A stretch of 64,000 nt of DNA from the NCBI GenBank assembly GCA_050250895.1, contig JBFWNU010000008.1, positions 288,001 to 352,000 of the forward strand, read 5' to 3'. Positions 18,893 to 27,832 of this stretch are shown here, piece by piece. Origin of the DNA: Vulcanimicrobiota bacterium. GTDB lineage: Bacteria > Vulcanimicrobiota > Xenobia > Xenobiales > JADMJV01. Below the pieces are notes generated by a model. It did not search any database, was not told the DNA's origin, and saw only the letters and a program-made list of their open reading frames with translations. Numbering within the stretch: the stretch's first letter is position 1; each line of letters begins with the position of its first letter. The translations under genes were made by a program, and so were the position numbers.

Positions 18893-19981
18893 CTACTCGA
18901 GCAGCATCACGATCTGGCGTAGCCCGCTGCGCGTCTTGCCGACGCTCAGCCCGTAGCGGGTGAAGCGGTATTGAGCCAGGAGCTCGGGCAGTTTATCGCC
19001 CACCAGCATCGACTCGCCCTGGACGCTCGAGGCTGGAGCGGGAATGTCGATAATCAGCTGGGCCCGTCCGGCGTGGACGTGTTCAGACTGTCGCGAAACC
19101 GCCAGCCACCGGGCTTCGCTCTGCAGGCGGTGGTCGCGCGAGAGACCGCTTTGGGCTAAACCCAGAGTTTCGTCCAGGTCTTGCTCCCAGGCGCTGTCGA
19201 CCTGGGCACCTTGAAAAAGCGGGCCAGCCGGGACAGCCGGAGCCACCGGGGCGGCTGCTGTCTGGTAAGGCACGCCGGGCACCTCGGCGGTGGCTGCCCT
19301 GATGCGGTCCTGGGGCAGGGGATGAGAACCCACCAGAGTGTTGAGAAAGCCTGGCGTTCCGCCCGATTGCTTGGAAAGTTTCACCAGGGCCGAAACGGCA
19401 TAGACCGGGTCATAGCCGGCGGCCGCCATCAGCCGGATGCCGTCGTGGTCGGCCTCACGCTCGTCAGCCTGGCTCCATTGACTGGACATGACGGCGTTGG
19501 CGAGTTTGGCCAGGTTGGCCGAGCCCTGGTCGATTTGACCTTTGTTGAGCACGCCGATGATGGCCAGCAGGCCGGTCTGGGTGTAAACGGCCTTCTCGAG
19601 CTGGTTGACCGAGTGGCGGCGGGCCACATGGGTCACCTCATGACCCAGTACGAAAGCCAGTTCTTCATCGGTCAGCGCGTTCATCAAGCCACGGGTCGTG
19701 TAGATGAAGCCCCCGGGGAAAGCCAGCGCGTTGAACTGGTCCATGTCGGCCACTTTGAAGGTGTACTGGATATCCTTGCGCGAGGCAGCCGCAGCCAGAG
19801 ACTGGCCGATGCGATTGACCCGCTCTTGCATGGCCACGTCCTGCACCAGGCCGTACTGTTGCTCGAACTTATAGGCGGCTTCGCGCCCGATCTGGACCTC
19901 TTGAGCGGTCGAGATCATGCCGGCCAGGGCGGGTAGGGCCAGCAGAGCCAGACAGAGCAATAGCCAACGGATCGGTCTCAT
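18893..19981 (-). CDS. Exported M48-family metalloprotease
   Basis: Signal peptide MRPIRWLLL…ALA; NALAFPGG, HEVTH, EREAD, SHP. Confidence 0.9.
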   Translation of the reverse strand: MRPIRWLLLCLALLALPALAGMISTAQEVQIGREAAYKFEQQYGLVQDVAMQERVNRIGQSLAAAASRKDIQYTFKVADMDQFNALAFPGGFIYTTRGLMNALTDEELAFVLGHEVTHVARRHSVNQLEKAVYTQTGLLAIIGVLNKGQIDQGSANLAKLANAVMSSQWSQADEREADHDGIRLMAAAGYDPVYAVSALVKLSKQSGGTPGFLNTLVGSHPLPQDRIRAATAEVPGVPYQTAAAPVAPAVPAGPLFQGAQVDSAWEQDLDETLGLAQSGLSRDHRLQSEARWLAVSRQSEHVHAGRAQLIIDIPAPASSVQGESMLVGDKLPELLAQYRFTRYGLSVGKTRSGLRQIVMLLE

Positions 19982-20097
19982 CGAAAGCAGCCTTCTCATT
20001 CTTCTAAGCGAAACCTGCCGGGCGGGGCGGGGTTTCTCCCGGAACGCAACCAGGGGCCCGCGAGGAACCTCTCGCCCCCACGGCAAATTCGCTAGCG

Positions 20098-21408
20098 ATG
20101 GCGGCGGCGCTGGATTACACTTACTCGTATGTGGCGGGCTCTCGGCTCGAGAACGCTCGGCTGACCCTGGCGACCTGCTCGGGCGGCCAGCAACATCCCT
20201 ACTTCTTCGAGGGGCGGCTGCTCGAGCCGCGCACGGTGGCTGATCAGCTACTGGTGCTTACGAAAGTGGTGCGCACCCACTTCTTTTTGCGGCGGCCGGC
20301 CATTCTCGACCCGGTGCTCACGGCCGGGCAGGGGGTCTTGCGGGTCGAGGGCTTTAGCGGTTGTTGCGGCGTCTATGCCCGCGTCGACCTGCACGAGCGG
20401 GCCTTTGATGCCGAGCTGGTGGGGCGGGGAACCACCAACGTCGACTTCAACGAACCGATGCGCGCAGCCCTGGCCCGGGTCCGGCCCGAGGAAGAGGTTC
20501 GCCTGGCGGTGGGCGAGCACGAAGTGGCGCTGGCGCGGGGCGAACACAAGACCGTCGAGAAGAAGGTCAAGCTGCCGGTGCGTTGGCTCAAGAGCTTCTC
20601 GGAAGTGCAAGCCTACGGACCCGGCCTCGAGCCGCGCTTCGAGGTCAAACCCGCCGGGGCGCTGGCCTTTCTGCGCTCGTTGCCTAAGACACCGCCCAAG
20701 CGAGGGCAGTGGGTGGTGGCGACGGCCGACTCGCTGCGCTTGTCCCAGCGCGAGAAAGCAGGAGCGGTGAGCCTGTCGGGGCTCCACCGTTTGGCTGTGC
20801 TCGAGCCGCTGATCTCGGGCAGTCAGGGGTTGAAGGTCTGGTATGACGAGGCTTCGGGGGTCAGCGCCTGGGAGGTCGCCTGCACCACCGGGCGCTTCTT
20901 CTTGATGCTGTCTCCCGAACTGTATAGGGGCTTTTCGGGCGAGGGGCAGAACCTGGCCAGTCTGGCCGCCGGCCAGGGGGTCGAGCTAGTGAACCGAATG
21001 CGAGCCGAGCTGCGCTGGCAATCACGGCTCGACCCCGAGGCCATGGCCCTCAAGTTGGGCTGTAGGGTCGAGCAGGTGAAGAGCGCGCTGGTCGTCCTGG
21101 GTGCGCGGGGGGTGGCTGGTTATGACGTTGCTGAGAGGGCCTTTTTCCATCGCGAGTTGCCTTTTGATCTCGAGGCGGTGGAAGCCCTCGAGCCCCGGCT
21201 GAGAAGAGCCCGCAAGCTGGTCGCCGAAGGGGCCGTGGCTCGGCAGGGCGAGGCCGATTATTCGGTGGTCGGCAAGACGGCCACCCACTTCGTGCGGCTG
21301 AGAGCTGAAGGGGACCGCTGCACCTGTCCCTGGTTTTCGCGCCACCAGGGCCAACGGGGACCTTGCGCCCACATCCTGAGCGTGCAGCTCGGCGGCGATG
21401 ACACCTGA
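20098..21408 (+). CDS. SWIM zinc-finger family protein
   Basis: C-terminal CTC…PCAH SWIM motif; N-terminal EGFSGCCGVYARVD. Confidence 0.88.
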   Translation: MAAALDYTYSYVAGSRLENARLTLATCSGGQQHPYFFEGRLLEPRTVADQLLVLTKVVRTHFFLRRPAILDPVLTAGQGVLRVEGFSGCCGVYARVDLHERAFDAELVGRGTTNVDFNEPMRAALARVRPEEEVRLAVGEHEVALARGEHKTVEKKVKLPVRWLKSFSEVQAYGPGLEPRFEVKPAGALAFLRSLPKTPPKRGQWVVATADSLRLSQREKAGAVSLSGLHRLAVLEPLISGSQGLKVWYDEASGVSAWEVACTTGRFFLMLSPELYRGFSGEGQNLASLAAGQGVELVNRMRAELRWQSRLDPEAMALKLGCRVEQVKSALVVLGARGVAGYDVAERAFFHRELPFDLEAVEALEPRLRRARKLVAEGAVARQGEADYSVVGKTATHFVRLRAEGDRCTCPWFSRHQGQRGPCAHILSVQLGGDDT

Positions 21409-24091
21409 AGAGCTGACCCGGCTGGTCGAGTCGGGGGCTTCTTCCCAGCTTGTCGAGGCGCTGGCTTGCCTGTCTGAAAAGCAGCGAAAAGAGCTAGACG
21501 AGACGGCCCATCAGCTCTATCAGCACCCCCCGGCCGACCGCGACCAGGCCCGAAAACGTTACGATGCCGTCCGGTTGGCCGTGTTGGGGCTGTGCAGATC
21601 AGCCCGGGTGAAGTCGCTCTTTCTGTTCGGACCGGCCGGGTTTACCACGCAGGTAGTCGAGGTGCTCAGCGCTCGGCGCCCCTCGTGGGCCGGCAAATGG
21701 TTGGCGCATCGGCTCGAGAGAGACCAGTCCGAGCTGAGCTATCAGGCCATTGACGAACTGGTGGCGCGAGGGGTCGTCCAGCGACCGTCCGGTGAGGGCT
21801 ATTACCGACTGCTGGCCAACTACCAGCAGCGCGAACTCGCGCTGTCGGACTGGTTGCGCCAGAACCGGCGGGTGACCGAGCATGAGCTGTGGCAACTCTT
21901 CTCCATCGAGAGCACCGCCTTCAATAGCTATTTTGACGAAGAGAAGCCTCCCTGGCCGGGTTACGAGAGCTGGACCACTGCTCTGGTCAAGCTCAGTGAC
22001 GAGGGCCTGCTCGAACGCGACCGGCTACTCGACCACGGCCTCGCTGCCCTGGGGCGCGATTTCAAGCAGAATCAACTGTCGGGCTTTCGCAAGTTCCTCG
22101 AGCGGCTCAAGCCCACCGACGATGAGCTGGCCGCCCGCCAGAGCGGTCTGCGAGAACTGCTGGCCAGCCCCACCAGTCACGTGGTGAATTTTGGCCTCAC
22201 CTGTTTGGGTCGATTGGGGCGATACAAGCGGCTCGAGGTAGAGCCGTTGATGACGGCAGTCGAGCCGGCTTTGAGTCATTCGACCAAGGGCACGGCCATG
22301 AAGGCCCTGAAGTTGGTGGCCCGGGTCGGCGATCCCGCACCGTTGGCGGCGCGGGCGCTCGCCCACCCCTCGGTCGACGTGCAGAAGCTGGCCCTGGACC
22401 TGGTGGAAAGAAGCGGCCGAGCCGCAGAGCTGCTGGTCGGCAAGATCGAGTTTCTGGCGGCCAGCCTGGTTCCGCAGGCCCGGGAGCTGGCGGGTCAGAC
22501 CCGGGCTAGAGCCGTGAGCGTAGAGTTGGGGCCACCCCCGTCCGAGGCTCGGGAGTGGCAGGCCCTGCCTGAACTAGAACGCCTGGAACCCATCGCCGAT
22601 GTAGAAGAGCTGATCGACCGGGTGGCGGCCGCCATGGAATCGGTCGAAGACGGCGAAGAGGTCGAACTCCTGCTCGACGGGATTGGCCGGTTGGGGCCAT
22701 CACGCCCGCCTGATTTCGAGCTGCGCACGGCCGCCCTGCGGGTCCGGCTCGAGAGCCAGCCCGCCAGCGAAGTCGTGCGTGGGCTGGCGGCCAGCTGGTC
22801 AGGACTGCCGTCGGCCTTACGCGACTTGCTGCTGACCTGGTTCACGGGCAAGCTCCACTACACTCCCCACAACAGCTATTACAAGCCGGCTCCGGCGGGT
22901 CGCTTTCTCGAGGCGAGAGTGCGAGCGATCAGTCAGCGTCTGGCTCGAGGCGTCGTGACTCCGAGCCTGGCCCTGCCTACCCATCGGGGTGGATGGATCG
23001 AGCCAAGAAAGTTGATCGGCCGGGCGGTGGAACTCGGCCATGACTTCCCCCGAGAAGAGCTGATGGCAGCCTTCTTGCGGCTGGCCCCTGAGGGGCGTGA
23101 CGATGCCCTCGAGGCAGCCGCAGGCTTAGCCAGCACCGTGGGCTTACTGACCCGTTTCGCTCTCGGCGGCGGCTATCCGCCCGGCCCCAGGGACCGCGAA
23201 TTCGCGCCCCTCTGGCTGGCGGCCGCCCGGGCGCGTGAGCCTCACGGCGACCATGCCGAGACGCTGGCGGCCCTGGGGGTCAAAGCGCCTGGACCTGACG
23301 GATTTGAGGCCGCCCGGCCGAGCTGGTCGATCGGGCTCGAGAACAGCTTTCCACGCTTGCGGGTCGAGTTTCCCGAACCGCCCCGACAGGGCGTGTGGGG
23401 ATCGCTGGTGGGTCGCTTGAGAACTCCGCTGGCGCCCGAGCAGATGCCCACCGCTGCGCTATTCGACTCGCAGGTCCGCGGTTGGGAGACGGTGGACTAT
23501 ACCGGAGTCTGGCTGGTGCGCTGGCTGGGCCTGACCTTTCCCATCAAGCCCGACGGACTTTATCTCGAGGGGATCCGAGCCATGCTCTTTCGCGTCGATA
23601 TGGATAGCTCGGGAATGGCTCCGAGTTTTCCCTTTATCGAGGCCCTGGCCCAGCCTGGGCGAGTCTGGTCGGAGCTCGCTCGGCTGGCTTTTTGGGTAGC
23701 GCTGGTGGGCAAGGATGCCGACTGCCGAGCGGTGGCGGTTGACCTGGGGCTGGAGGCCATCGAGTCGGGTCGCACTCACCCCGTGCCTCTGGCGGCCACC
23801 CTGGTTCAAGCCGATCAAGCGGGTTGGGTCAAGGCCAACCGCCTGGCCGCAGGCCTGGAAGAGATTGCCCGGGCGAGTGAGCTGGCAGCGGTGGTGGTGG
23901 CCGAGTGTCTCGACGCCTATCTGGCCCGGGTGGCCGGTCTGCCCCGGGCCCTGCACCATCTGCTGGAGTTGCGCCTGGATCTGTCCACCCGTCTGCAGCG
24001 ACCGCCGAGCGATGAGGCCCGGCGTCGCCTGAGCCAGTTGGAGGGTTCGGGTAAGGCGGCTCGGCTGGCGGCTAGCCTCGCAGCAGTCTAA
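21398..24091 (+). CDS. Large helical-repeat protein (DUF6493-like), partner of the SWIM gene
   Basis: 897 aa, HEAT-like helices, LALPTHRGGWIEP motif; 11-nt overlap with the SWIM gene. Confidence 0.7.
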   Translation: MTPEELTRLVESGASSQLVEALACLSEKQRKELDETAHQLYQHPPADRDQARKRYDAVRLAVLGLCRSARVKSLFLFGPAGFTTQVVEVLSARRPSWAGKWLAHRLERDQSELSYQAIDELVARGVVQRPSGEGYYRLLANYQQRELALSDWLRQNRRVTEHELWQLFSIESTAFNSYFDEEKPPWPGYESWTTALVKLSDEGLLERDRLLDHGLAALGRDFKQNQLSGFRKFLERLKPTDDELAARQSGLRELLASPTSHVVNFGLTCLGRLGRYKRLEVEPLMTAVEPALSHSTKGTAMKALKLVARVGDPAPLAARALAHPSVDVQKLALDLVERSGRAAELLVGKIEFLAASLVPQARELAGQTRARAVSVELGPPPSEAREWQALPELERLEPIADVEELIDRVAAAMESVEDGEEVELLLDGIGRLGPSRPPDFELRTAALRVRLESQPASEVVRGLAASWSGLPSALRDLLLTWFTGKLHYTPHNSYYKPAPAGRFLEARVRAISQRLARGVVTPSLALPTHRGGWIEPRKLIGRAVELGHDFPREELMAAFLRLAPEGRDDALEAAAGLASTVGLLTRFALGGGYPPGPRDREFAPLWLAAARAREPHGDHAETLAALGVKAPGPDGFEAARPSWSIGLENSFPRLRVEFPEPPRQGVWGSLVGRLRTPLAPEQMPTAALFDSQVRGWETVDYTGVWLVRWLGLTFPIKPDGLYLEGIRAMLFRVDMDSSGMAPSFPFIEALAQPGRVWSELARLAFWVALVGKDADCRAVAVDLGLEAIESGRTHPVPLAATLVQADQAGWVKANRLAAGLEEIARASELAAVVVAECLDAYLARVAGLPRALHHLLELRLDLSTRLQRPPSDEARRRLSQLEGSGKAARLAASLAAV

Positions 24092-24941
24092 GATTAGACC
24101 ACAGGGCGATGGATTGGCACAGGCGCCGCATCCAATCTGGATCCAACCCGTGGAAGTGAGCGGTCGAGTCGTCCCAATAGGCGATTTGATAACGATGCCA
24201 GTTGGGTTGCTCTTCGACTGGAGCAAGGTCCCGGAGCAGGCTTGCGAGGCGGGGGTAGGCGTGGTTCCAGTCGGGGTGGTCCGACCAGGCCAGGAGACCG
24301 CCCGGCCCCAGACTGGTCCGCGCCGCCCGCACGAAGGCCGCGCCCAGAGTGGCCTCTCGGGCGGGGTCGATGACCACCGCCCCGAAAGCGGCCTGGAACC
24401 GCCTGGGCAGGCGCCGCACGTCGGCTTGCTCGAGGTCGAGAGGCAAGCCCGAGCCGGCCAGCCAGTCGAGCACCCGCGGGTCGAGGTCGACCACCGCGAT
24501 GGAAAACTGACCGAGCAGCGACAGCGCGACCGAGGTCGCGTCGTCGTCCCCCAGAAAGAGGACCGACGCTCCCGAACTAAGGTGGGCCGCCAGGCGCTGG
24601 GCTCGGCGCCAGGTCGAGTCGAAGTCGATACGGCCCTGAGCATAGCGCTCGGACTCGGCCGGAGCCTCTGGTAAAAGTTGCTCGAAAGCCTGGCTCCAGG
24701 CCGGCGGCGGGGTAGGGGGAGGATGGTGCAGCCGGTCATAGGTGTGGCCGGCCATGCGCAGGCCGTAGCGCAGGATCCAGCGCTGAAAACCGGGCTCGGT
24801 GTTGAGGCTGGCCGGCCGCCGATGGCACCCCTGACGGTGAAGAAGTTGCTCGAGCCGTTGCCAGAATTCGGCGGGCGTGTAGGGTTCGTCCGGTGACTCG
24901 CCCAGGGGCTCGCCCACCAGACGACTGAGTGCTAACCGCAT
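24072..24941 (-). CDS. BpsA/DUF43-like aminopropyltransferase (branched-chain polyamine synthase fold)
   Basis: VLFLGDDDATSVAL, VVDLDPRVL, DVR..LP, VIDP; start set at ATG 24941 (MRLALSRL). Confidence 0.75.
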   Translation of the reverse strand: MRLALSRLVGEPLGESPDEPYTPAEFWQRLEQLLHRQGCHRRPASLNTEPGFQRWILRYGLRMAGHTYDRLHHPPPTPPPAWSQAFEQLLPEAPAESERYAQGRIDFDSTWRRAQRLAAHLSSGASVLFLGDDDATSVALSLLGQFSIAVVDLDPRVLDWLAGSGLPLDLEQADVRRLPRRFQAAFGAVVIDPAREATLGAAFVRAARTSLGPGGLLAWSDHPDWNHAYPRLASLLRDLAPVEEQPNWHRYQIAYWDDSTAHFHGLDPDWMRRLCQSIALWSNLRLLRG

Positions 24942-25723
24942 TGCAGCGCCGAGGCGATGGCTGCGTGGTTGTCGGGGTAGCGCTGGCGGACGGCCGCCAT
25001 CACGTGCTCGAAATTGGTGGCGTTGACGAAGTTCTCGGTGATGGCGATGCAGCTTCCCACGTTCTGGGTTTGATGCCACCACCGGCTGGGGGTAAAGAGC
25101 AACTCGCCGGGTAAGGTGGTGCCCACATAGGCCGTGGCCTCGGCCATGAGCGGATAGCGCTCGAGGTCGAGAGCGAAGGCGTCGGGCTTGCCGCCATAGA
25201 TTTTGGCACCGTCGTCGGGATGGTAGAATACCCATTTCTTGGCCCCGGTGATGACGACGTTCCAGGCGCTCGAGTTGAGCAGGTCGACATGCAACTCGCT
25301 GCCCGAGCCGGTGCCACCGATGTAGATCCAGCGCCAATCGACCCGCATGTCGCCACTCAGGCGGTCGGTCCAATTGTCGGCGAAATAGACCGGCACGGTG
25401 TAGTCTTCGAGCAGCTCGGGGCAGGTGTCGGCGAAGGTCCAGTGCTTGAGATACCAGGGGCGACGCTCCACCGGTTTTTCGACCTGGTCGAGAAAGTCGC
25501 CCAGGGGAGCCTGAAACTGCTGGCGGGGGGCGCCGGTGCGATAAAGGGTGACCGGAACCTGGCTAAACTTCTTGCGAAAATAGGCTATGGACCATTTGGT
25601 CAGAGCCGGCCAGCGCTCGATCTCGTCAACCTGTTCGAGAATCACCGGAAGGCCGGGTCGGGCGTATTCTTCCAGAAACTGCTGCGGACTCAGCTGGCGG
25701 CGACGCTCGATCGACTTCTCCAT
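24932..25723 (-). CDS. JmjC (cupin_8) Fe(II)/2-oxoglutarate oxygenase
   Basis: WPALTKW, SELHVD (HxD), GAKKW, PGELLFTPSRWWHQT, ITENFV. Confidence 0.92.
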   Translation of the reverse strand: MEKSIERRRQLSPQQFLEEYARPGLPVILEQVDEIERWPALTKWSIAYFRKKFSQVPVTLYRTGAPRQQFQAPLGDFLDQVEKPVERRPWYLKHWTFADTCPELLEDYTVPVYFADNWTDRLSGDMRVDWRWIYIGGTGSGSELHVDLLNSSAWNVVITGAKKWVFYHPDDGAKIYGGKPDAFALDLERYPLMAEATAYVGTTLPGELLFTPSRWWHQTQNVGSCIAITENFVNATNFEHVMAAVRQRYPDNHAAIASALQCG

Positions 25724-25760
25724 CGCTCCGACTTGCAGGCCCGCAGGCGTAGCTCCTGCA

Positions 25761-25769
25761 TGGTATAAT
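25761..25769 (+). promoter_or_regulatory. Extended -10 promoter (TG-G-TATAAT), probably leaderless
   Basis: TGGTATAAT 6 nt before ATG 25776; no SD. Confidence 0.6.
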
Positions 25770-25775
25770 TGCCAG

Positions 25776-26303
25776 ATGGACCGACGCTGCCCCGACTGTC
25801 ACCGCCTGGTTGTCGAGAAATCTCCGCGGTGCGAGTGCGGTCATCGTTTCGCGCGCAAGTTGCTGCGCCACCAGGTGACCGAGTTTCTGGGTCCCAATGA
25901 CCTCGGGGCCGCCTCGGGGGCGGTGTCTCGCTCTCGTTTTCTGTGGCGGGCAACCATTCTTTGCTTCGTGGTTCTTTCGGGGGTGGCGGTGCTGGCCTTC
26001 TCGAGAACCCTTGATCGGGTCCTCAACGGCGACTACTTGAGAGTCTACGTCTCGATCGGCCTGTTGTTGACCGGGGTGGTGCTGTTGGTGCTGGTCTTCG
26101 ATGGCATCCGCGACGCGGCCGCCCGCAAGTTGATGGCCGACCCCAGCCTGGGCAAATGGGTATGCTGGGGACTCGGGTCTTTCTTTTTGCTAGGGGGAAT
26201 ATTTGGTTCCGCCCAGGGCGTGATGGTGGCGTTTTTGGGTGGCTTTCTGCTGGTGATCGGCGTGCTATTTCACGTGGCTAATCTGGGCGACGGGCAGAAG
26301 TAG
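25776..26303 (+). CDS. Zn-ribbon membrane protein (4 TM)
   Basis: CPDC…CECG N-terminus followed by four hydrophobic helices. Confidence 0.7.
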   Translation: MDRRCPDCHRLVVEKSPRCECGHRFARKLLRHQVTEFLGPNDLGAASGAVSRSRFLWRATILCFVVLSGVAVLAFSRTLDRVLNGDYLRVYVSIGLLLTGVVLLVLVFDGIRDAAARKLMADPSLGKWVCWGLGSFFLLGGIFGSAQGVMVAFLGGFLLVIGVLFHVANLGDGQK

Positions 26304-26589
26304 CCGCCAGACTCGACCCGCCGCCGCCCGCCATGACGGCGAAAATGGGCAGGGTGACGATCAGGGGAGTGAGGTGAAAAAGTACCAGCAGGCCGCCCCA
26401 GCCTAGCAGCATCAACAACAGCGCTTTGATGAGCCCACGCAGCCACCGAAGCAGCTTCTCGAGGGGGGCAACCCAGGCCAGCGACACCACGCGTTCGCAG
26501 TGCAGGCAGGTGGCCGCCGCGCTCGAGGTGATCTGGCCACACCATCCGCAAGTCCGCGGGTGTGACCAGTCTGATCGCCGTTCTTGCAT
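26278..26589 (-). CDS. Small Zn-ribbon membrane protein
   Basis: CGWC…CLHC followed by two TM helices. Confidence 0.5.
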   Translation of the reverse strand: MQERRSDWSHPRTCGWCGQITSSAAATCLHCERVVSLAWVAPLEKLLRWLRGLIKALLLMLLGWGGLLVLFHLTPLIVTLPIFAVMAGGGGSSLAATSARRPD

Positions 26590-26638
26590 GCGAACATATT
26601 TTCCATCGGCGAGGGGGGAACCTTCATGGTCGCGTTCG

Positions 26639-27052
26639 TCAGTGCCGGTCGTGGCCGAAGAACATCTTCTGGAACTGGTCGCCTTTGCGAGCGATAACCT
26701 CGGTGCATTTGGCTAGATGGGCGGCCGAAGCTTCGGCCTCGACGGTGCCGGTCAGGACCAGATGTCCATCGCTGATGGCGAAGGTGCCATAGAGAAGGCT
26801 CGAGTTCAAGACCATGAGCTTACGAAGTTGATCGCCGTCAAGGCCCCGAGCCTCACCGACGGTGGAGGTGATGCGGATGAAAGTCACGCCCTCGCTGTGG
26901 TCCGGGGCCAGGATGACCCCCTGGCTTCGCCCAGGTTCTACCGAGATTTCAAGGCTGGCCTCGACGTCGTCCTCGTCGAAAGTCTCGAAACTGGCGGTGG
27001 TGGCGAGGACCGAGGCGACCTCATTAACTCTAGCTTGGAAGTCCATGGACAT
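26639..27052 (-). CDS. CesT/YbjN-fold (type III chaperone-like) protein
   Basis: Small and acidic; GRSQGV, LMVLNSSLLYGTFAI, C-terminal helix IARKGDQFQKMFFGHD. Confidence 0.7.
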   Translation of the reverse strand: MSMDFQARVNEVASVLATTASFETFDEDDVEASLEISVEPGRSQGVILAPDHSEGVTFIRITSTVGEARGLDGDQLRKLMVLNSSLLYGTFAISDGHLVLTGTVEAEASAAHLAKCTEVIARKGDQFQKMFFGHDRH

Positions 27053-27109
27053 CCCCCGTCCTGGGTTGATGGAAATTCACTTCTCGCGCCCGCCACGGCT
27101 TCCCTGTCA

Positions 27110-27220
27110 AGAAGCGGCCCTTCGGGCCGGAAAGGAGCGGCCCGAAGGGCCGGGAGAAGGAACTCTTGCCGCGCTCCTCGTCGGCCGCAGGCCGAAATCT
27201 CAGCCGCAGGCTGCTCCCTG
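27110..27220. repeat. Modular hairpin element, copy B
   Basis: 15-bp inverted repeat 27115-27129 / 27138-27152; motifs shared with 11856-12013. Confidence 0.6.
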
Positions 27221-27239
27221 TCGAGGCGCAGCGTCGAGG

Positions 27240-27707
27240 TCAGGCGACCAGGATGTAGCGCTCGGCGGTGCCGGCCCCGGGGCAGAGGTTCCATTCCTGG
27301 GGCATCAGGCTGAAAGGGGTTTCTTCGCGGCGGGGCTCGGCAGTCGAGAAGACGGTGGTGTCTTGCACGGCCGGGCCTTGAGGGATGTTCTCTTCGCCCA
27401 GGGTGGTGCGGTCGGCCAGCAGCCAACCGAAAGGAACCACCGTTTCTTCTTCGGCCGGTTTCTTGGCCTCGGTATCCTGGTCGCGCTTGGCGTCTTTGAG
27501 CTTGGGAACGAACCCGATCTGGGTCATGCGCCGGAGGTAGGTCGCCAGGGAGGGATGCTTGGTCTCTTCCTCGTTGCGGCGGGCCAGCACATCGCTGTAG
27601 GTGGCGCCATTGAGGGCCTCGCCGTCGTCGACGCGGGCAATGGCGCCGGCGATGGCACTTTTCCAGGCGACTTCCCTGGCTGCTATGGCTCTGATCGGGG
27701 AGATCAT
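27240..27707 (-). CDS. Hypothetical protein
   Basis: 155-aa ORF with good codon usage and an upstream promoter. Confidence 0.7.
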   Translation of the reverse strand: MISPIRAIAAREVAWKSAIAGAIARVDDGEALNGATYSDVLARRNEEETKHPSLATYLRRMTQIGFVPKLKDAKRDQDTEAKKPAEEETVVPFGWLLADRTTLGEENIPQGPAVQDTTVFSTAEPRREETPFSLMPQEWNLCPGAGTAERYILVA

Positions 27708-27775
27708 TTCACATCTAGCCTAATCTGGGGGCCTGAAAGATGTCTGAAAACAGACATGTGGGCCCCTTCTCCTCT

Positions 27776-27816
27776 ATTGTAGTCCTGGCCAGGGGCTAAA
27801 GATGTAACAAAGATGT
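27776..27816 (-). promoter_or_regulatory. Promoter with tandem AAAGATGT direct repeats (winged-helix regulator-like site)
   Basis: TACAAT -10 on the minus strand at 27781-27776; AAAGATGT at 27798 and 27809 (11-bp period) over the -35 position; third copy at 27736. Confidence 0.5.
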
Positions 27817-27832
27817 GAACGGTTCGCCAGGG

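Noticed and set aside
24942-25373. N-terminal extension of the BpsA-like ORF or a JmjC-BpsA frameshift fusion
   Set aside because: The extension is an alternative frame of the JmjC gene; JmjC ends normally and an ATG at 24941 overlaps its end.
27100-27220. yybP-ykoY, glycine or cobalamin riboswitch
   Set aside because: Only isolated short word matches, without the conserved architecture.
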